64,000 nt of DNA from Naegleria gruberi (Eukaryota): assembly GCA_000004985.1 (NCBI GenBank), contig GG738882.1. One strand, 5' to 3'. The translations under genes were made by a program, and so were the position numbers. How positions within the stretch are numbered: the stretch's first letter is position 1; each line of letters begins with the position of its first letter. The notes under the pieces were generated by a model. It made no database searches and was not told the origin of the DNA. It saw nothing but the letters and a program-made list of their open reading frames with translations. Shown in pieces: positions 21,716 through 33,523 of the stretch.

Positions 21716-23588
21716 TTACAATAATAATTGTTGAAGTGTTGCTTTTCCAGCACCGCTTTCACAAAACTTTTCAAAAGATAACTCTTTCAATTGAGCTAAA
21801 GTATCATTTAAAGCCAAATCAAACATGTCAGATGCTGGTGTTAATAAATGATATTTGACATGACTCTTTGAATCATAGGGTATATTAACATTCTTTCCAG
21901 ATGTATCTGATAAATATTTTTCGTAAATATTCTTTGCTTCCTCTTCCATGCTACTCACAACACCTTCAATATGTGAATATTTGTTTTTGTAATCTTCTGC
22001 CTCCTTGTAGAACATGCACAAATCTTGTGTATCATTCCTTGCACAATATTCCACAAATATTTTAAATGTTGATTCATTTTTCAGTAATTGAACTAGACTA
22101 AACTTGTCACTTGCTTTTTGTAAAACTCCAAGTTCTTCTTCTAATAATTTGATATGTTCATGTTGTTTTTCAGTTTGTTGGAATAAACGTTCATTTTCCT
22201 GCTCTAAAACATTGACTTTTTGTTGAAGAACTATAAACTTTTTTTCCAAAACTCCATATTCATTATCAATCACTCCTTTCATTGATTTTAAAAATCCAGT
22301 CAATCTCTGATCTAATTTTTCTCTATTGGTGTGAATGGATTTTTCAATATCGTGATCCAATGAATAGGATGAAATACTTGGATTACTTCCTCTGCTCCTT
22401 ACTGAAAATTCATCTCTTGATTCAGAATTTTGAGAGATTGGACTAGTATCTGATGAATTTTCTGATAAATCACTACCAATACTACTTGCACTAGTACTTT
22501 TCATTATATTATCTTCATAGGAAGGTCTAAATACAGCAACAAATGCCAAATTATCATTGGATCCTTCATCTGATGGAATCTCTCCCAACGATAATTCAAT
22601 TGGAAAATTATGACCTTGTTTATGTTTAGCCAACATTCTTCTAGGTTTACCAATTAATCTCTTATCATTATTCTTTTTAAATCTTTCTAAATAACCATCA
22701 TGAAATCTGGCATACATTGACGGCATTAAAATTGAAACATTTTTAGATAAAATTTCATCTCTTCTCCATCCAAATAATTCCTCAGCTGATTTGTTAAATC
22801 CAACAATGACACCCTTCTCATCTGAAATAACAGTTGGATCCAAAACTGCCTCTAAAACATGCAGCATTGATTCCATTCTTGATTGTTTAATTGGAATTGA
22901 TTGTTCTAATGAAGAATCCAATCCAAAACCACTTCCACTTCCACTACTACCCAATACACTATGTCCAATTGCATTACCACCACTCGTTGCTCCACCAATC
23001 ATTCCACTCAATGAAGAATTTGAACCTGAATTGGTTATATGATGATTCGAATCATTTAAAATACTCTGACTTGGTGAGATACGTAATGCTTTTGGAAGTG
23101 ATAAATTTAAAGCATTCATCCATTGAGAATGTAATTGTTGATCTTCTGCTAGTAAAATTAGAGTTTCACTTCCTTCTTGAAATAGAGCTATGGAAAAATC
23201 TTTTCCACAGACGTGTTTTCCATTGTGTAATACTCTTGCTGGTTGCTGTTGTTGATGATTACTGGATAGAGAAGATGATGAAGATGAATTATTCGAAATT
23301 TCACCTAAACTACTCGAAGATGAATTAAATGATGATGAAAATTTATGTGAATTTCTTCTTCCGCATAAATCAAACTCTTCCATAGGTTGAACACTTTCTT
23401 TAGTTTTGAATTTGTATAGAATTCCATCTGAAAGCACAAACCAAAATCTGTTTCGTATACAATGTTCGAATCGATTATTAATATAGAGTATTATATAATA
23501 CAAACTTTTTCCAACGACCAAAAAAGCCTGCTTTCTGCTGTAAATATCCCGAAAGAGAGGGAAAAGAAGATTCACTCGACAATGTCAT
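21716..23588 (-). CDS. PH - PAS - coiled-coil - RGS domain signalling protein. 2 exons; start corrected to ATG at 23588.
   Basis: Exon 1 gives MTLSSESSFPSLSGYLQQKAGFFGRWKK. A GTTTGT..AACAG intron of about 57 nt joins it to FWFVLSDGILYKFK, the canonical PH beta-strands. PAS: ISDEKGVIVGFNKSAEELFGWRRDEI. RGS: FSLVQLLKNESTFKIFVEYCARNDTQDLCMFYKEAEDY..AKNIYEKYL..SFEKFCES. Confidence 0.7.
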
Positions 23589-24418
23589 TAGCGTGGTAAA
23601 ATGTCAACACTCTTTTTTTTTAAATTGAGACATTTGAAATACCAAGTGTCGACACCCATAACGGAAAGAACCAATATTTGCATTATTTTGGGTCTATGAA
23701 TCACATATGATATCCAACATTCATTTCCACTCACTAGAACAAAATTTTAACTTTTTCTTTTCATCAGCAAGCGACGATCGATTCTAGGCTGATAAGAAAA
23801 AAATTTCCCGCGCTCAAGTTTTTTTTTTGGAAATTGAAAAAATGAAGAAGAGCAACAGTAGTAGGAATAGTATTATTAAGAATGGTAGGTGTTTTTTGTT
23901 GTGAGTTAATGAATTTGATTGTTGTTTTGTATTAAATATTGGTTGGAACATGTGAATATGTGTATTAATATTAATTAATTATTTAATGTGATGTTTTTGG
24001 ATGAATTAATTTTATCGGATCATTTTAATTTTTAATTTTTTTTAAATCATCACGTGATGGTTCAACGTTGATGATGATCGGAACGAAACTCTTGACAATT
24101 TATAACACCATCATATTATTACAACATATGACCACTATTATTCAATAACTACCGACATGTTCATCTCGTGATTCGTTCTCATCAATAATATTTGTTGTGC
24201 TCATTGCGATAACCAACTTTGGGCTCGACATAACTCTCAAAAAAATTAACTCCATAACAAAACTCCTCCCTTGTTGAATCTGTGGTATAATCCATCATCA
24301 ACACATTACCCATCATCATCTTTGTATATATTTTACCTGTAACCTATATTAATTGGTGCATTATTTAATCATACATTCTGCACAATAATTTATAATCAAT
24401 TACTACTTGCGATACACA

Positions 24419-25593
24419 ATGAAAATTCCAAAATCATCTTCGCAAAATCACCATGCTGAATTAACTCATCCATACACTAAATCAGTCCGATTAAACAAGG
24501 GCATTGTTAATGACATGACTACGTTTAAACAAACAAGAAAAAGGCTGAACGAACTTCAACTCAAGATCAATGAAAAGCATAGAAAAATACGACACGGAGA
24601 AGAAGAGTTGGAAATTAATGAAGAATTGAGACAATTGTATGCAGAGTTTTTCGAAAATTCTAAAAGAGAACAAGAGTAAGTATTTGCAATCTTTGCAATT
24701 TACTAATAATTGAAACTAGTTTGATCATTGCAATTTTAGCTAATCTTTCTCAGCTTGTAGAAAAAGCCGAAGAAAGACAAAAAGAGGAAACTAATAGTTT
24801 GGCACAACAACAACAGCTACAAACAGAAACACAAGTACAAACAACACCACCAACAGTACCTTCATCAGAAACAAGTGTACCAGCAAGTGTTGTAAGTTCA
24901 CCAAGCAGCTCTTCAAGCGTTCCTGTAAAAGATCCAATGCAAGTAGATGAAGATGAAGAAACGATCAACTCACAAGCAAGTAGCTCTAATGCACAAAATA
25001 CATCAGATTCTGAAAAACAAACAACAAAAGCAAGAACAGCTGCTGGTTCAAAAGGTGGAAGAAACAAAAAAGGAGGAAAATCAGTCAAAGAACCAGCAAG
25101 TTCTTCGGAACGTAAAGTTGAAGCATCTCAACCAATTACATCAGACAAATATCTTCAACTCGAGGAAGGTATTCCAGTTAAATCTAAAGTTGCTGCTAGA
25201 ATTAGTGGTGCAACTGAAGAAAGTGGAGATTCCGGATTCTGGATTTTGGCTTCTATATTGAAATACTATCCAGATAAGAATAGATATGATGTTATTGATG
25301 AAGATAATAGTGATGATGAAGAATCAACATCAACTGATAGAAAAACATACAAACTTAATAAGAATCACATTGTACAGTTACCAACAGATATGTCACAACA
25401 CAAACTTTTCAAAAAGGGAGATAAGGTGTTTGCTGTTTTTCCAGATACTACAACATTTTATCCTGCTATTGTAGACTCAGTACCAACAAAAACATCTAAG
25501 AATTATAGTTTGAAATTTGAAGATGATGAAGAAGATGGAAAGACACCACTCAGAAAAGTCAACTTTAAATATGTAATGTCAGTGCCCAAATAA
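24419..25593 (+). CDS. SGF29: SAGA-associated factor 29 homologue (N-terminal coiled coil, C-terminal tandem Tudor). 2 exons, intron 24680-24723.
   Basis: C-terminus GFWILASILKYYPDKNRYDVID..GDKVFAVFPDTTTFYPAIVDSVP..NYSLKFEDDEEDGKTPLRKVNFKYVMSV. Human SGF29 has WILAEVVSY..YEVDDIDEE..ALYPQTTCFYRALIH..DYSVLFEDTSYADGYSPPLNVAQRYVV. Intron is GTAAGT..AACTAG. Confidence 0.75.
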
Positions 25594-25753
25594 TTTATTT
25601 CAACACCTAAGTCAATTCTCTAGTCAAAATAAAACCATCATAAGATTGAAAGTTACTGTAAACTAGATGAAATCCAAAGCAATAATTTTTCACTTTTCAA
25701 TCGTTCAAGACACTTGACAGGAGACAATTATTTGCCTCTCACCAAACAAAAAA

Positions 25754-26662
25754 ATGCCAAGCATCTTGTACGTAACAAATCATCATTTATTATTGAAGAG
25801 TTGAATTGATTACTGACTGATCATTCATAACGGAATATATAGTAGTGCTTTTGATAGGAACAAAACTTTTAAACCTGTAAAAAATGTTCAATCATCTCAT
25901 CATCAAGAACTTCATAAAAAATTGGAAGCAACTTTAAACAAGGACAGTTATACTGATATGTTAATACAAGAAAGTGTAAAATTACCACCAACTGGTATGT
26001 TTTTTATATTGTTATATTATTATTCAAAGAAGATTTATCCGACAATTTATTAATTATCGTGTCGATGATAACACTATATTACAATGTATATATAATTGAT
26101 CAATTATTCTTCTTCTTCAACTTTGATGATAACAGAAACTGTTAATGAGTGGATTTCATTTCACATGATTGAATTTGTAAGTTTTCACAATGAATGAAAT
26201 TCTCTCATTCTCCAAAATTAGTATAACAAAATTAATGGAATTTTTGGACAAATGCAAGAATGTTGTACTGATGAAAGTTGTCCTAAAATGATGTCTAGTC
26301 CTGGATATATGTATTTATGGAGAGATTCAAGCTCTAAAAAGTATAAGAAAGCAACAGAAGTGTCAGCACCTGAATATATTGCATTATCAATTGACAAGAT
26401 TGAATCACTTCTCAATGACACATCAATCTTTTCAACAAGTGGAGATTTTCCAAAAGAATTTCGTAAAACAGTTAAAGACATGTGTAAGAAAATATTTCGT
26501 GTCTATGCTCACGTCTTTCATCATCATTACAATGAAGTGACAGATAGAAAAATGGAACCAAACTTTTTGTTTGCATTTAAACATTTTCTATTCTTTGCTA
26601 TGGAATTTAGATTGCTTAATGAAAAGGAATTAGAACCAATGATTCCTTGGATTGAAAAGTAA
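25754..26662 (+). CDS. MOB1: MOB kinase activator (Mob1/phocein family), about 4 exons. Possibly continuous with the next gene.
   Basis: QECCTDESCPKMMSSPGYMYLWRD..SAPEYI..FPKEFRKTVKDMCKKIFRVYAHVFHHHY..FKHFLFFAMEFRLL. Human MOB1 has CNEESCPVMSAGPKYEYHWAD..SAPKYI..FPKNF..ILKRLFRVYAHIYHQHF..FKHFIFFVQEFNLI. N-terminal exons KTFKPVKN.. (MOB1 KTFKPKKN). Exon boundaries are approximate. Confidence 0.7.
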
Positions 26663-26734
26663 GTTTATTCCCTACTTCAATTGAACTGATCGAACATTAA
26701 TTGAAATTTGTGAAATTCTATTCTTTTATTTTAG

Positions 26735-28730
26735 GTCAACTGGTATTGATGTTGAAAAGTATTTGAAAAGTAAAAAGAAGGAAAAGCATAACCAAAAGAA
26801 ATCTGGAGAATCTTCATCAAATCCAAGTACAAGTTCCAATTCTAATAATAATAGCGCCAATGATTTATCTGCAAGCTCAGAAGATAAACAACCTAAAAAG
26901 AGAAATGGACACAAACGTAATGATTCATTGAGGGCAGAAGATTTCAATTTAATTCGAAGACGTTCAGCTTCAGTGATGGCACCAAATGACCAGATCCAGT
27001 CACATAACAGTAACTTGGGTCCAAACATGTTAAACACTTCATTAGATTCGAATAGTTCAGCCACTGATAGTGAAAAGGCAATTTATGCTATTGAACCAAA
27101 TAAGATTTCAACACTTCTTGTGGAGGTGATCGAAGCATGTAATTTGGATGCAAAGAATACCAATGATACTTCAGATGGTTTTGTTGTACTCAAATTTGAA
27201 GGACAAGAAGTTAAAACTGAAGTTATTTGGAAGGAATTGAATCCAAAATGGAATGAACGTTTCACATTCATTGTGAAGAATATTTCCTCCAATTTACAAT
27301 TAACAGTTTATGATGAAAATAGACTTTCAAAGGCAGAATTGATTGGTGTTGTTGATTTCAATTGTCAAGAATTGGCAGATGAAGTTAAACATGATATTTG
27401 GCTTGATTTGAAGAATAAGGATTCCAACACATTTGCTGGACGTATTCATCTCAAATGTATTTTTACCAGTTCTGAAAGTGGTAGTATGGGCTACTTGAAG
27501 AAGATTACAAATTTGAATTTTTATGATACTTTGAAAGAGTTTTTGGTTAATACTTCACCTTCTGTTTTTATTGGATTATTTGACAATAACAAGTTAAATG
27601 TAGATGATAAGATTTTCAAATCACTCATTTATTTAACAACTTATGGAGATAATAAGAATACGATATCTGACGCATTTAATGTTTCAGTGATGAAATATAT
27701 CATTCGTTTAGAAGTGGAAAAGACCATTAGAATATCTCAATTATTGAGATCTAACACCATTAGTACCAAACTAGTTGGAATGTATCTGAAGATTTTTGGA
27801 CAGGGATATCTTAAAAAGACTCTTCAAGAACTCACTCAAAAGATTTGTGAAGAAGATAGATTTTTGGAATGCTCCCCTGATACTATCAGAAAGGAAGATA
27901 GTTCAGTCGATCCAGATGCAAAGGCAAAAGAAAATTTGAATGAAATTATTGCCTATGCAAGACAGTACATGCAATTAATCAAGAATTCAGTTTCAAATAT
28001 GCCACCAGATATTAGACAAATAACTTCTCATTTGAGAGAACAAGTAATGAAAAAGTATGAAAATGTTGTTGCTGTTAGCGAGAGTACTGAAACAAATCAA
28101 TTGGATAGTGCTAGTATGGGTACTATTGCAGCAACTTCACTATTATTCCTTCGATTTATTACACCTTGTATCACTGCTCCTCATTTGTTCCAACTTGTAC
28201 AAACAATTCCTCAGAAGAATGCTCAACGTACTTTAATGTTGGTTTCTAAAATTTTACAACAACTTGCCAATGAAACAGAATTCAGTGAAAAGAAGGAAGC
28301 TTTTATGGTTCCTGCCAATGAATTCTTGAGAGAACAAAAATCAATTTTGAGAAGTTTCCTTGATGATGTTTGCGATGTTAATAAGAGTGGTTTCACACTT
28401 CGTAAGAGTACTGACGGAACTGAAAGTGAGGAAAATAATGATAGATTATTGTGGTCTCTCTACAATATTCATGTACTTTTCTATGATAATGATTCTATTT
28501 TATTCCCATTATTACAAGAATCTAAAAAGAAAGGAACCACAGCACCATTCTCCTACTTTGATCTCAATAATGAGAGTGCAGAAGAACTGGCTGATAAATA
28601 TGATCAACTGAGAAAAGTTATTGCTCGTTTAGGATCACCACCTCAGCTTTCTCTAGCAACCAGACAAAAGATTGCTACTGCCTTCTCCAAGCGAAGTGAT
28701 ACTGATATACCAGCAATCAACCTGAATTAA
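26735..28730 (+). CDS. C2 domain + RasGAP domain protein. The 5' exon boundary is an acceptor at 26734 with no own in-frame ATG before 26970.
   Basis: C2: LLVEVIEACNLDAKNTNDTSDGFVVLKFEGQEVKTEVIWKELNPKWNERFTF. RasGAP signature ..LLFLRFITPCITAPHLF (FLR..CPAI..P). Confidence 0.65.
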
Positions 28731-28761
28731 TAAACTTGTATAATACTAAAATGTAATTGAT

Positions 28762-29283
28762 TCACTCGTATGAAGAATAGGATTGAAAATAATCCTTAAC
28801 TGAATATTCCTTCTTTTTGATTAGTCCATCGTTGGCAATTCGCTGCTCTTTTTGAGCATTTCTCTTCTCTGCTAAAGGTTTAGTAATTTCATCTCTATTA
28901 TGGTGATCATAAACTCGTTTCGAGGTCTTTGATGATTCTTCAGGCAAATTCTCTCCAGTAATAATGTTTACTCTTGTTTGGAATTTTGTTTGTTCTAAAA
29001 AGTTTTTTCTCAATTCTCTTCTATTCTCCCTTCTTTGCTCCAACATTTGTTCATTCTCCTTTCTCTCTTTATCCTGTTGAATAATTGTTTGTTGTTTCCT
29101 TCTGAACCCAGAGCCAAACTTGCTAGCATTCAAATCCGACTTGCCCAACTCTGGACCAACCGGATTCATATTAGCCTCAAGAAAATGATCACCCATATCC
29201 GATGATTTGGCTTCTTGAACAATCTTTTTCCTATCCATCCTGTAGATATCAGAGGATTGAGACATCATTCGTTGTTTGTTCAT
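28762..29283 (-). CDS. Hypothetical 173-aa basic, charged protein (possibly HABP4/SERBP1-like or similar RNA-associated)
   Basis: Single ORF that is Lys/Arg/Glu-rich and low-complexity. No firm motif. Confidence 0.4.
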   Translation of the reverse strand: MNKQRMMSQSSDIYRMDRKKIVQEAKSSDMGDHFLEANMNPVGPELGKSDLNASKFGSGFRRKQQTIIQQDKERKENEQMLEQRRENRRELRKNFLEQTKFQTRVNIITGENLPEESSKTSKRVYDHHNRDEITKPLAEKRNAQKEQRIANDGLIKKKEYSVKDYFQSYSSYE

Positions 29284-29537
29284 TCCTATTATTTAAGGGA
29301 GTAAGTTGATGGATGGGTTATTTTTTTCAACTGAATTGTTTTTAAATTTGTTTTGCCGTAATTTTTTTGGCGCCACTTTCAAAGCCACTCTGCAATAATA
29401 CATTGACCATTAACTTTTGTAAATTGTTTAACAATTTAATAGAAATTTTTAAAGAGATTCACACACGGATCACTTCATTCAAAGCCAAATAGAACTCCAT
29501 CTCTTCGAACGTCACTTGCCTTTCGTAAATATGATGA

Positions 29538-30644
29538 ATGACAACCACCAAAAGTCTAAATCAAAAAAAAATGAATTTCAATCCCTACAGCAATCCAAAC
29601 TTTGTTTTTGCTAATAAACAAGCAACAACTCCAAGTAGAACAACACCATCATCCGTTACCTCACCAACATCTAAAACACCAGTTTCTTCTTCCACAACAA
29701 TAACACCGACAGTTTCGAATAGTAATTCGTCCACGTCAACCTCTACCACAACAAATACAACCACCACAGCTGCAACACCAACAAGTGAAACTAATCGTAG
29801 AATCACCACAATACCCAAGTTAGATGCTTCAGAAGTAAAGAATTTAACACAAGAAATTGAAGAAGAACTTTCTTCACCAAAACGTTCTACAATTAATTCT
29901 AATCTAATCAATAATTCAAAACCAAGACCTAGATCACAAAGTAGATTAGTTAATTTGGATAAAGATTCAGATGATGATCAAGATGAAGAAGAAGAAGAAT
30001 CAAAAAATCAAGATCAAGTCAGAACAATTTTAACAGTTGAAGTAACAGTTATTAAACCATCAAATAATGGATGGAGAGTTGTTTCAAATTCTTCACTTTT
30101 GAGTTTATATTCATCTGAGAGAAAACAAGCATTGACAAGTGAAGTTGAAATACCAACTGAAATGGCACTTTGGAAAGAATCTCAAAAAAAGAAAGGTTTC
30201 GATTTATATTTATTCTTAAAATTGAATGAAAATGTTCAATTTCAAATATTGAAGAGTGTTAATGATGATTCAAATAAGGAAATTAGTTCTTCTTATTTGG
30301 TTGTTAAATATGTTGATAAGAGAAGTGAAAAGATTCAATTTATTGGATTAATATTTTCAACTGTTGCAGATTTACAATCAACTTATAATTTACTTCAGAG
30401 ATGTATTGTTTCAGTTCCAACTATTCCAGTTTCGTCTGCTCAAACTCCAAGTAAATCAGTTTCGTCTGCTGAAGAACTTGAAAACTCATCAAGTGAAAAG
30501 GATAGTTTAAAAATGGCTGTTTATAAGAAAGGTTTAATAGATCATATTCAAAACCAAATATTGTACCATACAAAGCAAATGTGTTATCACGAATTGCAAA
30601 AAGAAGAATTGTTAAAACAATTACAAAAATTAGAAAATGAATAA
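29538..30644 (+). CDS. Hypothetical protein: Ser/Thr-rich N-terminus, acidic linker, globular C-terminal domain, terminal coiled coil
   Basis: ATG at 29538; 368-aa ORF with no recognised catalytic motif. Confidence 0.5.
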   Translation: MTTTKSLNQKKMNFNPYSNPNFVFANKQATTPSRTTPSSVTSPTSKTPVSSSTTITPTVSNSNSSTSTSTTTNTTTTAATPTSETNRRITTIPKLDASEVKNLTQEIEEELSSPKRSTINSNLINNSKPRPRSQSRLVNLDKDSDDDQDEEEEESKNQDQVRTILTVEVTVIKPSNNGWRVVSNSSLLSLYSSERKQALTSEVEIPTEMALWKESQKKKGFDLYLFLKLNENVQFQILKSVNDDSNKEISSSYLVVKYVDKRSEKIQFIGLIFSTVADLQSTYNLLQRCIVSVPTIPVSSAQTPSKSVSSAEELENSSSEKDSLKMAVYKKGLIDHIQNQILYHTKQMCYHELQKEELLKQLQKLENE

Positions 30645-30774
30645 ATTATTGTTCATTCATTATTAAATCAGTTTGTAATCTCTCAATTGTTGAATCAATA
30701 TTTTTTTGTAATTTTTAAACTTTGCAAAGTTCCATAGTAAATAAGGTTAAAATTGTGAACTTGACAAAAAAAAA

Positions 30775-32769
30775 ATGTCTGAAGTATTTACTCACTGTTT
30801 CCCTCACACAACTTCTATCAATGCATCGGCCGATGAGGGTAGTGCTGATCAACATGTTGATATATTTAAATTTCATAAATTCACTCAAGAAATTCAGCCA
30901 GGATTACACTTAACAATTGAAGCTGCAAGAAAATTAGGGCACTATTTATTGATCATCATGTGGAGATTTGTATTGAAGAGTCCCATGTTGTTCCGAGTCA
31001 GAGATGAATATGTGGAACAAGTTAAAATATTGGAGAAATTTTGCTTTGATAGAATTGAAGAGTTTGATAGGAAAGTTTGCTATCCAAATCATTTGTTTGA
31101 AGATACAAATGTGGAATTGTTTGATGACATGACACAGGTTAGAGAAGGTGAAGAAAATGAAGAATATGAACGAGAGGAGAAGAGAATTAAATTAGATAGT
31201 GAATCACGAAAGAAAGTTTACTCACTTTCAAATTATTTCAATACAATTGTTAGCAAGTACTTGATTGGAGAGTTGGCAAAAATGGGAATTACAACGATTA
31301 ATGATTTTTTAACAAAAACAAATAAGGAACCACTTACTATTAGATATGAGGAGCTAAGAAATATGGTATTGAAATATTTTGAATATAATCCTTCAATTTT
31401 TCCCATTGAAGATCAAGACATTAATTTGTATTTTGTTGGAGTGGCGGCATTATTGGAATATTTCACATCTGAGTTGATAGAACTGGGAGGAAATACACTA
31501 AGAGGAATGGGATTGGAATTTATTATTCCATCTGGTTTTGAAATTAACGTTGTAGCAGATGGTGAATTGAATAGAACAGTGTTATTTCACATGAGTCATT
31601 TACCAATTGTTGATTTTAATTATTTTTATGGAACAAATCAAGTAGTATTACCTCCCATTACAGTGAATGAGAAACCCAGTAGTGGAGAATATAATTTTAC
31701 TCTAATTCCATCTGATTTACACTACACTATCATACTAAAAAATCTCTCTTCTTTGGAAGAACTTTTGGCTATGAGATTGGTATGCAAACAATGGAATTAT
31801 TTCATCATGAACGATAGCAATGTTTGGAAACGATTGATTTGTAACAATATGATTTCAGAAGATTTATTCAGATTCTGTGATTCTTCCTTTACTGTTGAAG
31901 AATTGGAAACTATTTTGGGTAGAGGAAGAAATCAAATACCTCTTCATTTCAGTCAGCAAGTGATTAATTACTTTTATGAAAAGAATGATTGGAAATCTCT
32001 GTATTTCACTCTCGTACGAAGACATTTAACATTTATCAGAGACTTGGACGAAATGAAATCAAGAGAATTTTTTAACAAGCATTTCCAAGTCAGCTCTTCA
32101 ATAGAGGAATATAATAATTCCAAAAAACAACTTCAAATAGGAGTTACAACAGGTTTGCTAAATTATACGAATCTTACAAAAAATCCCTCATCACATGATG
32201 ATTCTGAGATTTACATTCCTAGAGATGCTATTTCTGAATTTAAGAAATTGGGAAGTAATTATTCATTGATAGGGGTGGTTGACTTTACAAAATTCTCCAC
32301 CTTCATTTCATGCCGCTTATTCCCAAAGAGTGGACTATTATATTGCTTTGGAGATTTCACTTCAGGTCAAGGTGAATTTCTCTACTTTGAAAATTATTCT
32401 TTCGAATCTGATGATGTTATTATATTTGAAACTAATGACGATACATTTACAGAACCAGAACCAGTGAATCCATTCCAGGTCTGTAATGAACAAGTTGTGG
32501 TCAATCAGTCAAATTGTTGCCCACTCTTTTATTTACAACAGGCAGAGGGAGAATTGTCAGGTATTTCATATTTGGCTCCAAGTGTTTTTTTCAACAACAC
32601 TGCACATGAAGAAAGGGGTGAATCCTATCAAGAGGACAATATTGTACTACTTTCAGCAACATTTAATGTGGGAAAAACTATTTCAGTTTTTATTTCTAGA
32701 GATGATTTAATCTTACGAAAGTTCAGTAATGCAAAACTTGATATTTGTGCAATCAATATTTATTATTGA
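30775..32769 (+). CDS. F-box domain-containing protein
   Basis: F-box: LIPSDLHYTIILKNLSSLEELLAMRLVCKQWNYFIMNDSNVWKRL. 664-aa single ORF. Confidence 0.55.
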   Translation: MSEVFTHCFPHTTSINASADEGSADQHVDIFKFHKFTQEIQPGLHLTIEAARKLGHYLLIIMWRFVLKSPMLFRVRDEYVEQVKILEKFCFDRIEEFDRKVCYPNHLFEDTNVELFDDMTQVREGEENEEYEREEKRIKLDSESRKKVYSLSNYFNTIVSKYLIGELAKMGITTINDFLTKTNKEPLTIRYEELRNMVLKYFEYNPSIFPIEDQDINLYFVGVAALLEYFTSELIELGGNTLRGMGLEFIIPSGFEINVVADGELNRTVLFHMSHLPIVDFNYFYGTNQVVLPPITVNEKPSSGEYNFTLIPSDLHYTIILKNLSSLEELLAMRLVCKQWNYFIMNDSNVWKRLICNNMISEDLFRFCDSSFTVEELETILGRGRNQIPLHFSQQVINYFYEKNDWKSLYFTLVRRHLTFIRDLDEMKSREFFNKHFQVSSSIEEYNNSKKQLQIGVTTGLLNYTNLTKNPSSHDDSEIYIPRDAISEFKKLGSNYSLIGVVDFTKFSTFISCRLFPKSGLLYCFGDFTSGQGEFLYFENYSFESDDVIIFETNDDTFTEPEPVNPFQVCNEQVVVNQSNCCPLFYLQQAEGELSGISYLAPSVFFNNTAHEERGESYQEDNIVLLSATFNVGKTISVFISRDDLILRKFSNAKLDICAINIYY

Positions 32770-32845
32770 AAAGGAGAATGAGGAGGAACAATGTGTGAAC
32801 TTTAGAACTAATCAAAACATATCATTGAAAATTCATCAGAAAAAA

Positions 32846-33442
32846 ATGTTAGGACGTTTAAGAAACTATGGGCCAACATTCCCAGAGCTAGAAAAAGATT
32901 TATCCACTTGTTTTGTTCATGATTTTGGCGACATGATCACTGTTAATGAAATTAGAGTTGGTGGAAAGACAATTTCCGATCGATATGAAATTCTCTCCCA
33001 TATTATTGATCACAGAAATGGGTGGTCACAGGATGGGAAAAGTACCGATGATATTGTTAAACAAGTTGCCTATGATTTTGTAAAGATGGAATATGGTATT
33101 AATAATCTATTGGATAAACCGTGGACAAGTGAAGAAATTTCTAAAGCAACCAAGAATGAAAAAACCATGTCGTTTAGTCTTCTCAGTTCTGTACCTGTTG
33201 AAGAACCTGAGCCATCAACTGCTATCTATCATCCATTGGAGAAGAGTATTATTGAATATAATGGAGACAAAGTTGTTAGAATTGCTTATTGGAGTAAACG
33301 TAAGAGTGGTGATGGACCTCGTGGAGGGCCTCCTTTTACAACAAAGTTTATAAGAGTTAAACATGAATTTTATGTAAAGAATGGAAAGAGAGTTAATGTT
33401 GGAGAATCTCCTGCAACTTGCCAACATTTTATATTGGCATAA
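32846..33442 (+). CDS. Hypothetical protein of about 199 aa
   Basis: First ATG (MLGRLRNYGPTF..) at about 32846 within track ORF 32729-33442. No motif recognised. Confidence 0.4.
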   Translation: MLGRLRNYGPTFPELEKDLSTCFVHDFGDMITVNEIRVGGKTISDRYEILSHIIDHRNGWSQDGKSTDDIVKQVAYDFVKMEYGINNLLDKPWTSEEISKATKNEKTMSFSLLSSVPVEEPEPSTAIYHPLEKSIIEYNGDKVVRIAYWSKRKSGDGPRGGPPFTTKFIRVKHEFYVKNGKRVNVGESPATCQHFILA

Positions 33443-33523
33443 TTAACATATATACATAAGATTACTTTTTTTTATTGAATGAAATAAAGCAAATTGAAGA
33501 TAATATACAATTTATTAAGGTAT

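Noticed and set aside
23820-23870. Short ATG-initiated reading frame (MKKSNSSRNSIIKNG) followed by GTAGGT in the long intergenic region between the RGS gene and SGF29
   Set aside because: It is too short and no downstream exon could be joined in frame. It is more likely a uORF or 5'-UTR feature of SGF29 than a gene.
24750-25088. Antisense ORFs nested inside well-supported genes (e.g. 24750-25088 -, 7808-8095 -, 8641-8910 +, 29585-29911 -, 50843-51130 +, 52217-52441 +, 33567-33899 +, 61099-61446 +)
   Set aside because: They overlap conserved, motif-bearing CDSs on the opposite strand or in another frame. They have biased, low-complexity translations typical of spurious frames in AT-rich coding DNA.
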